Of a stretch of 64,000 nucleotides of DNA, positions 57,638 through 64,000 are shown piece by piece. The notes beneath the pieces are model-generated. The model worked only from the letters and a program-made list of their open reading frames with translations. It had not been told where the DNA came from and searched no databases. The stretch's first letter is position 1; the number at the start of each line of letters is the position of its first letter. Source of the DNA: an uncultured Candidatus Binatia bacterium (GTDB lineage Bacteria; Desulfobacterota; Binatia; UBA9968; JAJDTQ01); contig OZ244070.1 of assembly GCA_965215605.1 (NCBI GenBank), positions 2,624,001 to 2,688,000 of the forward strand. Reading direction: 5' to 3'. The translations under genes and the position numbers were made by a program.

Positions 57638-57995
57638 TCAGTTTGCGGTGAGCGCCTCGATGCCCAGGTCTCGCGCCGCGGCAAGAAGCGCGCGGTCCAG
57701 GGTTGCAAGCGGCAGTTGCAACCGCACGGCCAGCTCCAGGTACATCGCATCGTATACGGAGATCTGGTGTGTCTCCGCGAGCTGCAGCGACGTACCCCAT
57801 ACCCGGGACGTGGTGACCGGGTCGATTTCAATCGGTAATGCTTCGAGGTTAGCTCGGATTTCCGACCACTCGTCAACACGAACACGCCCCCGGCGAGTGG
57901 CAACCAGCAGCACGTTGCCCACTTCCACCGGCCAGAGAGAGGGGACGAAGGCCTTGCTTTCCACAAGCGCCTCGCGCAACCGGTCGGTGGCTTCC
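57638..57995 (-). pseudogene. VapC PIN toxin lacking its N-terminus
   Basis: EATDRLRE...VPSLWPVEVGN, YDAMYLELA, LATLD. No start codon and no first acidic motif in frame upstream. Confidence 0.7.
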
Positions 57996-58081
57996 GGTTC
58001 CCCGGATTGGGCCCTAAATCGAGTTTGCCCCGGTTACCCGCTTTCGTTATGGTGTGTAGATCAATGTGTGGAGGATGACAC

Positions 58082-58282
58082 ATGGCGACAAACTTGGCAA
58101 TAGACCCGGAACTGCTGAACAAGGCACTGGAAGTCGGGGGCGAGGGAACGAAGAAGGCCACCGTCAACAGGGCCTTGCGCGAGTTCATTGCACGGCGAGA
58201 GCAGGAACGGCTTTTGGAGCTGTTCGGCAAATTCGACTGGGACAACGATTACGACTACAAGCGTGAACGGACCCGCGGGTGA
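58082..58282 (+). CDS. vapB: VapB-family antitoxin
   Basis: MATNLAIDPELL...TKKATVNRALREF. Confidence 0.85.
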   Translation: MATNLAIDPELLNKALEVGGEGTKKATVNRALREFIARREQERLLELFGKFDWDNDYDYKRERTRG

Positions 58283-58686
58283 CGCTGTTCGTAGACACCA
58301 GCGTCTGGTCGCTCGCCTTGCGCCGGGATTCGACACCCGAAGGACCTGAAGTGCAACGCTTGCGTGATGCACTTGGCAGCGGCGAGGCGGTCGATACGAC
58401 AGGGATCGTGCTGCAGGAACTGTTACAGGGCTACCGGGGACCCAAAGCCCGGGCGAGGATCGTGGAGCGTTTCGCGGCGCTCCCCATGATCCTCCCCGTG
58501 CGCGACGACCACATCGCCGCAGCCGAACTGCGCAATGAGTGCCGCCGCCACGGCGTTCATGCGGGCACCGTCGACGCGCTGCTCGCCACGCTATGCATCC
58601 GGCACGATCTTGTGATGCTTTCGACGGACCATGATTTCAGCCACATCGCAAATTGGACGCCGCTTCAACTCTGGCGCGGCCCATGA
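58279..58686 (+). CDS. vapC: VapC-family PIN toxin
   Basis: FVDTSVW, ELLQG, DALLA, STDHDF. Confidence 0.9.
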   Translation: MTLFVDTSVWSLALRRDSTPEGPEVQRLRDALGSGEAVDTTGIVLQELLQGYRGPKARARIVERFAALPMILPVRDDHIAAAELRNECRRHGVHAGTVDALLATLCIRHDLVMLSTDHDFSHIANWTPLQLWRGP

Positions 58687-58711
58687 CCCGCAAATCTTCG
58701 GTTCATCCCCG

Positions 58712-59593
58712 CTACGGTGCAGAGCCGGTTCGAAGGTCCCGCAGGAAGGTGTCCAGCGCCGCGACGCACTCGGGCTCGGTGAGGGTCGGAGCGTGGCCCG
58801 TCCCAGGTACGGTGACCAGGTGGGCTTCGGGATACTCTCGGCCCATGCGCGCGAAGCATTCCTCGGAAAGCACGTCCGAGGCCTTGCCCCGGAAGGCGAG
58901 CAGCGGGATCGGGCGCAGTCCCCGGAAAACGGTCCAGAGGTCGGCGGCGGCGCCCCGAGTTCCGAGGATCGGCTTGACGATATTCACATCCCAATCGAAG
59001 TGGAGTCGTCCGTCCTCGCCCTCGCGATAGGTATTGCGGACCATCTCCTCGAACATCGCCTCGGTCTGAAATGCGGTAGCGGGCATCTGCGTCTTGATGG
59101 CCTCCGCCGCGCTCGCCCAGTCCGGCTGCGGGTGGTCGACGCCGATGTAGTCAAGGACGCCGTTCAACGTTGCCTGTTCGATCTCCGGGCCCACGTCGTT
59201 GAGCACTATGCCGGCGAGGGTCAACGGCATGAACGCCCCGAGCGCCATCGCCAGCAAGCCGCCGAACGAAGTTCCGACCACGACGACCCGATGGACATGG
59301 GTGAAGGTCAGCAACTGGGCGATGTCGTGGAGGTAGGTTCCAGGGTGGTAGTTGCGCCATTCCGGGTCGTAGTCCGAACATCCCCGGCCGCGCAGGTCGG
59401 GGCACAGCACCCGCCGCTCTCCCGCAAGCCTGCGCGCGAGGCCGTCAAAATCCCGGGCGTTGCGGAAAAGCCCGCCCAGGCAGAGCACCGGCGTTGCCGC
59501 CGAGGCGGGGTCGCCGTAGTCGCGATAGTAGAGGCCGAGGCCGTCCGGGGCGGTAAACCGGTGCTCGCGATACGCCATCGCGGCTGCCGTCAC
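58712..59593 (-). CDS. Alpha/beta hydrolase
   Basis: DLRGRG, GTSFGG nucleophile elbow, NDVGP, GHAP. Confidence 0.9.
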   Translation of the reverse strand: MTAAAMAYREHRFTAPDGLGLYYRDYGDPASAATPVLCLGGLFRNARDFDGLARRLAGERRVLCPDLRGRGCSDYDPEWRNYHPGTYLHDIAQLLTFTHVHRVVVVGTSFGGLLAMALGAFMPLTLAGIVLNDVGPEIEQATLNGVLDYIGVDHPQPDWASAAEAIKTQMPATAFQTEAMFEEMVRNTYREGEDGRLHFDWDVNIVKPILGTRGAAADLWTVFRGLRPIPLLAFRGKASDVLSEECFARMGREYPEAHLVTVPGTGHAPTLTEPECVAALDTFLRDLRTGSAP

Positions 59594-60648
59594 ACGTTGA
59601 ACCTGATGTGCATGACGTCTCCGTCCTGCACCCGGTACTCCTTGCCTTCGAGGCGCAGCTTGCCGGCGGAGCGGCAGCCGGACTCGCCGCTGTGCTCGAT
59701 GTAGTCGCCGTAGGAGATGACCTCGGCGCGGATGAAGCCGCGTTCGATGTCGGAGTGGATCTGGCCGGCGGCGTGGACCGCGGCGGTGTCCCGGGTGATG
59801 GTCCAGGCGCGCACCTCCATGGGGCCGGCGGTGAAGAAGCTCATGAGGCGGAGGTGGTCGTAGGCGTGGCGGATGAAGCGGTCCCGGGCGGTCTCGGAGA
59901 GCCCCAGCTCCGACAGGAACTCGGCCCGCTCGTCGGCGTCGAGCTGGGCGACTTCCATCTCGAGCTTGCCGCAGACCGGCACCACGGTCAGGTTCTCGGC
60001 CCGCGCGTATTCCGCGACGTCGTCGGGCAGGGGCTCTTGCAGCGCCGCCTCTTCGGAATTGTAGACCACCAGCAAGGGCTTCTCGCTGAGGAAGGCGAAC
60101 CCCGACAGCAGGGTCCGTTCCTCGGGCAGGAACTCCAGGCCGCGGAGCGGGCGTTCCTCCTCCAACGTGCTTTGGCAGCGCGTCAGAAGAGCCGTTTCCA
60201 TCTCCCGCTCCCGGGCCTTCACGGCTTCCTTCCGGATTCGCTCCAGACGCTTCTCGATGACGGCGAGGTCGGCCAGTATCAACTCGGCCTGAAAGGCGTT
60301 GAGGTCACGCACCGGCGCCGGAGGCTCGTCGGCCAGCGGGTCGTCGAAGCCCCGGACCACCTGGACCATGGCGTCCACCTCGCGCAGTTGCACCACGGAC
60401 TGGTTTTCCAGCGCCGCCTTCCGCTCCTGGGAGGGCGGGAAGTCCAGGAAGGTCACCTCCGCGTACTTCTTTTCCTTGGGATGGACGATCTCGCTCAGCG
60501 CGTCCACGCGAGGGTCCGGAACCTTGACCACGGCCATGGCCGCCTCGTGGCGGGTCTCGAAACCGCCCACCGCGGCGCTGAGGCCCGTGAGGGCGTTGTA
60601 AAGGGTGGTCTTGCCCGCCCGTGAGAATCCTGTGAGTCCGACTTTCAT
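59590..60648 (-). CDS. ychF: Obg-like ATPase YchF (DUF933 C-terminus)
   Basis: AGKTTLYNALT, VPDPR, FFTAG..EVRAW, IHSDIERGFIRAE, RLEGKEY.VQDGD. Confidence 0.9.
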   Translation of the reverse strand: MKVGLTGFSRAGKTTLYNALTGLSAAVGGFETRHEAAMAVVKVPDPRVDALSEIVHPKEKKYAEVTFLDFPPSQERKAALENQSVVQLREVDAMVQVVRGFDDPLADEPPAPVRDLNAFQAELILADLAVIEKRLERIRKEAVKAREREMETALLTRCQSTLEEERPLRGLEFLPEERTLLSGFAFLSEKPLLVVYNSEEAALQEPLPDDVAEYARAENLTVVPVCGKLEMEVAQLDADERAEFLSELGLSETARDRFIRHAYDHLRLMSFFTAGPMEVRAWTITRDTAAVHAAGQIHSDIERGFIRAEVISYGDYIEHSGESGCRSAGKLRLEGKEYRVQDGDVMHIRFNV

Positions 60649-60702
60649 GGACTCCAATTTAGCAGCGGTCGGAATTATTCATAGCGGCGGCCAGGCTGCG
60701 CC

Positions 60703-61590
60703 TCATTCGGGTAGGGGAGAAAGCGCCGAGGTCAGGTCGGCCGAGGGCAGTGCCCTTATGCCGGGTGCCATCCGGTAGGTCTGGCTACCGGCGTGGACGA
60801 CGTCCAGGCGGTCCAGGCCCAGCGTCTCGAAAGCCACGCGCATGGACGCCGTCAGCCGGGGTGCCTCGGCGCGTTTGACCTCGAAGCCGTACCGCTGGTT
60901 GCCGGCCGATATCAACAGATCCAGTTTCGCCCCGGAGTGGGTGGACCAGTGGTAGCATTGCTCGGGGCGGGCGCCCAACAGGTGAGTGACCTGTTGCACC
61001 ACGAACCCTTCCCAAGACGCGCCGACGATGGGATGCGAGACCACCTCCTCGCGGGTGGTGAGGCCCAGCAGCGCATGAAGCAGGCCCGAGTCCGCGATAA
61101 AGACCTTGGGAGAACGTACCTGCCGTTTGGCGATGTTCTCGTGCCAGGGCTGTAACTGCCGTACCATGAATACGGACGTCATAAGGTCCAGGTACCGCCG
61201 GACCGTGGTGTGGGCCACGCCGAAGGCCCGGCCCAACTCGGCGCCGCTCCACAACCGGCCGTGCCAGTGCGCCAACATCGTCCAGAAGCGGTGCAGCGTC
61301 GTCGAGGAGACTAGACTGCCGAGTTCCGGGACGTCCCGGGTCAGGAAGGTCCGTATGAAGCCGTCGCGCCAACGGCGGCTCGCGGGTGCCGACGGTGCGA
61401 GACAGGAACGCGGGAAGCCTCCGCGCAACCAGAGTCGCTCCAGATCGTCCACCTCGTTCAGTCCGAAGCCGTCAAGCTCATGAAACGCCACGCGCCCGGC
61501 GAGGGTCTCCGAGGACTGTCGGAGCAGTTCGGGCGAAGCGCTCCCCAGCACCAGGAAACGTGCCGGCGTTCGGGGCCGGTCGGCGAGCGA
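60703..61590 (-). pseudogene. AAA_14/DUF4143 ATPase with N-terminal deletion
   Basis: Begins at LADRP..RFLVLGSAS...ETLAGR, with Walker A and B absent. GGFP, PKVFIADSG and GASWEG are retained. Confidence 0.75.
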
Positions 61591-61626
61591 TGGATGCTCA
61601 TATTTCAAGTATTTTCTACGTTGAAT

Positions 61627-62100
61627 TCAGCGAGATTTCTTCTCGTAGCCCTCGTCACGGGCCAGCTCCGCCCCGCTCGCGGCCGCCACCGCGAGCTCGT
61701 CGCACCGCTCGTTCTCCGGGTCGCCCGCGTGGCCCTTGACCCAGCGGTATTCGACCTCGTGCCGGTCCGACAGGTCCAGCATCTCGGCCCAGAGATCGGG
61801 GTTCAGGGCCGGCGCCTTGTCGCTTCGCTTCCACCCCTTGGCGCGCCAGCGCTCGGCCCATCCCTTGGACATGGCATCGACGACGTACCGGGAGTCGCTG
61901 TAGAGCGTCACCCGGCACGGCTCCCTCAGGGAACGGAGCCCCGCCAGCACCGCCATGATCTCCATGCGGTTGTTGGTGGTCCTGCGGTAACCGCCGCTCA
62001 ACTCCTTGCGGGTCCCATTGTAGAGGAGCACGGCGCCGTAGCCTCCGGGGCCGGGGTTTCCGAGGCATGCTCCGTCGGTATAGATGGTGATGTGTTTCAT
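61627..62100 (-). CDS. rnhA: Ribonuclease HI
   Basis: [38 protein letters not shown]. Confidence 0.95.
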   Translation of the reverse strand: MKHITIYTDGACLGNPGPGGYGAVLLYNGTRKELSGGYRRTTNNRMEIMAVLAGLRSLREPCRVTLYSDSRYVVDAMSKGWAERWRAKGWKRSDKAPALNPDLWAEMLDLSDRHEVEYRWVKGHAGDPENERCDELAVAAASGAELARDEGYEKKSR

Positions 62101-62161
62101 GGCTCCTCGGCCAGGAGAGTATAGAAGTCACCAAGCTCATGCCGCAACACGCCGGTAACGC

Positions 62162-62190
62162 TTGACACGGAACCCCATGTCTTTTTTAAT
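62162..62190 (+). promoter_or_regulatory. Sigma70-like promoter
   Basis: TTGACA-N17-TTTAAT upstream of the aldehyde dehydrogenase. Confidence 0.55.
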
Positions 62191-62255
62191 CCGACACACG
62201 CTCAACGCCCGTGTTTTTCGCCAGAAGCCTGTTCGTGACGCACAAGGAGACGCGT

Positions 62256-63725
62256 ATGCAAACCGGTTCGTACATCAACGGAGAGTGGGTCCAGCCGAAC
62301 TCCGGGAGACAGGTACGCAACGTCAATCCGGCCGACACCCGCGACGTCATCGCCGAGTTCCCCATGGCCACCGCCGCGGACACGGAGCGGGCCATCGACG
62401 CGGCCGCGGAGGCGTTCCAGGGCTGGCGCAAGACGCCGGGGCCGGAGCGCGGCCGGGTGATCTGGCGCGCCGCGGACATCGCTCGGCGGCGCGTGGACGA
62501 GATCGCCGAGATGATGACGCGGGAAGAAGGGAAGATCTTCAAGGAGGCCCGGGGCGAGGTGCTCAAGGGGATCTCGCTCATGGAGTACAACGCCGGAGCG
62601 GGCTACCGGCTGGGCGGCAAGACCCTGCCGTCCGAAGCCCGGGACACCTTCACCTACACCATCCGCCAGCCCATGGGCGTGGTGGGGTTGATCGCGCCGT
62701 GGAACTTCCCTTGGGCGATACCGGTGTGGAAGTCGGCGCCGGCGCTGGTGGCAGGCAACGCCGTGTTGCTCAAGCCGGCGTCCCTGACCCCGTCCACGGC
62801 GGGCCTCCTGGCGGAGGTCTACGAGGAAGCCGGCATTCCCAAGGGCGTCTTCAACGTGGTGGTGGGCTCCGGGGGCGACGTGGGAGAGACCATCGTCAAC
62901 TCCCGGCGTATCCCGGTAGTGTCGTTCACCGGCTCCAACGAGATCGGCAGCGACCTGTACGTCAAGGCGGCCTCCCGCGGCGCCAAGGTGACCTGCGAGA
63001 TGGGCGGCAAGAACGCGGTCATCGTCATGCCCGACTGCGACCTCGACAAGGCCGCCGTGGCGATACGGGACGGGGCCTTCGGCTCCACCGGCCAGCGCTG
63101 CACAGCCACCTCCCGGGTCATTGCCATCGGTGACACCCGGGGCGAGTTGGTGGCCCGGCTGGAGGAACACGCCAGGAAGATCCGCGTCGGCCCGGGCCTT
63201 GACGCGGACGTGGACATGGGGCCGGCGGTGGACGAGGGTCAGTGGAAGACAGACCTGGAGTACATCGAGATCGGCAAGCAGGAGGGAGCCCGGCTGGTGA
63301 CGGGCGGCAACAAGCCCAAGGGGCTGGACCACGGCTTCTACGTGGAGCCCACGGTGTTCGACGATGTTACCCCCGACATGCGCATCTTCCGCGAGGAGAT
63401 CTTCGGCCCGGTGCTGTCGGTGGCGGCGGCCGCGGACCTGGATGAGGCCATCCGGTTCGCCAACTCCGTGGACTTCGGCCTTACCACCTCCATCTTCACC
63501 CAGGACGTGGACAAGGTCATGCGTTTCGTGGAGGAGGTGGAGACCGGCATGGTGCACGTCAACGAGCCCACCGTCGGCGGCGAGGCCCAGCTCCCCTTCG
63601 GCGGCATCAAGGCCACCGGGGTCGGAGAGCGGGAGATGTCCGAAGAAGGGGTCAATTTCTTCACCGAGCTCAAGACCGTCTTCATCAACTACTCCGGCCA
63701 ATCCGGCCGGCTGATGATCCGCTGA
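62256..63725 (+). CDS. Aldehyde dehydrogenase
   Basis: PWNFP, FTGS, EMGGKN, GQRCTA, EEIFGPV, PFGG. Start MQTG after AGGAG. Confidence 0.93.
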   Translation: MQTGSYINGEWVQPNSGRQVRNVNPADTRDVIAEFPMATAADTERAIDAAAEAFQGWRKTPGPERGRVIWRAADIARRRVDEIAEMMTREEGKIFKEARGEVLKGISLMEYNAGAGYRLGGKTLPSEARDTFTYTIRQPMGVVGLIAPWNFPWAIPVWKSAPALVAGNAVLLKPASLTPSTAGLLAEVYEEAGIPKGVFNVVVGSGGDVGETIVNSRRIPVVSFTGSNEIGSDLYVKAASRGAKVTCEMGGKNAVIVMPDCDLDKAAVAIRDGAFGSTGQRCTATSRVIAIGDTRGELVARLEEHARKIRVGPGLDADVDMGPAVDEGQWKTDLEYIEIGKQEGARLVTGGNKPKGLDHGFYVEPTVFDDVTPDMRIFREEIFGPVLSVAAAADLDEAIRFANSVDFGLTTSIFTQDVDKVMRFVEEVETGMVHVNEPTVGGEAQLPFGGIKATGVGEREMSEEGVNFFTELKTVFINYSGQSGRLMIR

Positions 63726-63765
63726 GGCGCGCGGCGCGCCTCGGATCCGTCAAGGGAGACCGATC

Positions 63766-64000
63766 ATGGAATGTGAACACGCTATCGTCGATGCCGACGG
63801 CCACGTGGTGGACCAGGACAAGGACCTGCGCCGCTACCTGCCGGCTCCCTGGAACGAGAAGGACTGGACCCGGGAGTATTATCTCTTCCCCCTCACCGAC
63901 GGCTGGATGCGCGGCATGTCGTCCCGCCACAAGGCCGAGGTGCCGGACGCGGCCAACTGGCTGAGCTTCCTGGACGAGTCGAAGATCGAGCAGACCGTCC
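63766..64000 (+). CDS. Amidohydrolase family protein (3' end outside window)
   Basis: MECEHAIVDADGHVV...DGW...WLSFLDE, similar to the protein at 801-1838. Confidence 0.8.
   Translation, partial: MECEHAIVDADGHVVDQDKDLRRYLPAPWNEKDWTREYYLFPLTDGWMRGMSSRHKAEVPDAANWLSFLDESKIEQTV

Overview
High-GC bacterial chromosome segment. The backbone is housekeeping and catabolic: amidohydrolases, three luciferase-like monooxygenases, two xanthine-dehydrogenase-family Mo enzymes, a UbiD-family decarboxylase, an FAD flavoprotein with ferredoxin, tcuAB, asparaginase, ABC/Liv/TRAP transporters, typA, ampG, ychF, rnhA and an aldehyde dehydrogenase. Three accessory patches interrupt it. (i) An ABC-type ATPase plus NERD nuclease-helicase pair (10.8-13.9 kb) abuts a truncated cyclodeaminase gene. 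(ii) A ~9.6 kb island with no visible integrase lies downstream of tRNA-Ser(TGA) (28.9-38.4 kb). It holds five toxin-antitoxin pairs, a decayed type I RM operon with TA pairs inside it, an HNH nuclease and a run of concatenated gene stubs. (iii) A small nuclease/VapBC islet lies at 56-58.7 kb. The most unusual signal is a ~230-bp non-coding element (29430-29657) with inverted ends, a structured core and a ribosome-binding site followed by ATG-TGA. It sits with a BrnT-type TA pair between tRNA-Ser and a diverged 3' copy of that tRNA, and may be a transposase-less IS110-like element that kept its guide RNA. No CRISPR array or rRNA was seen. Family calls come from motif recognition only, not database searches.
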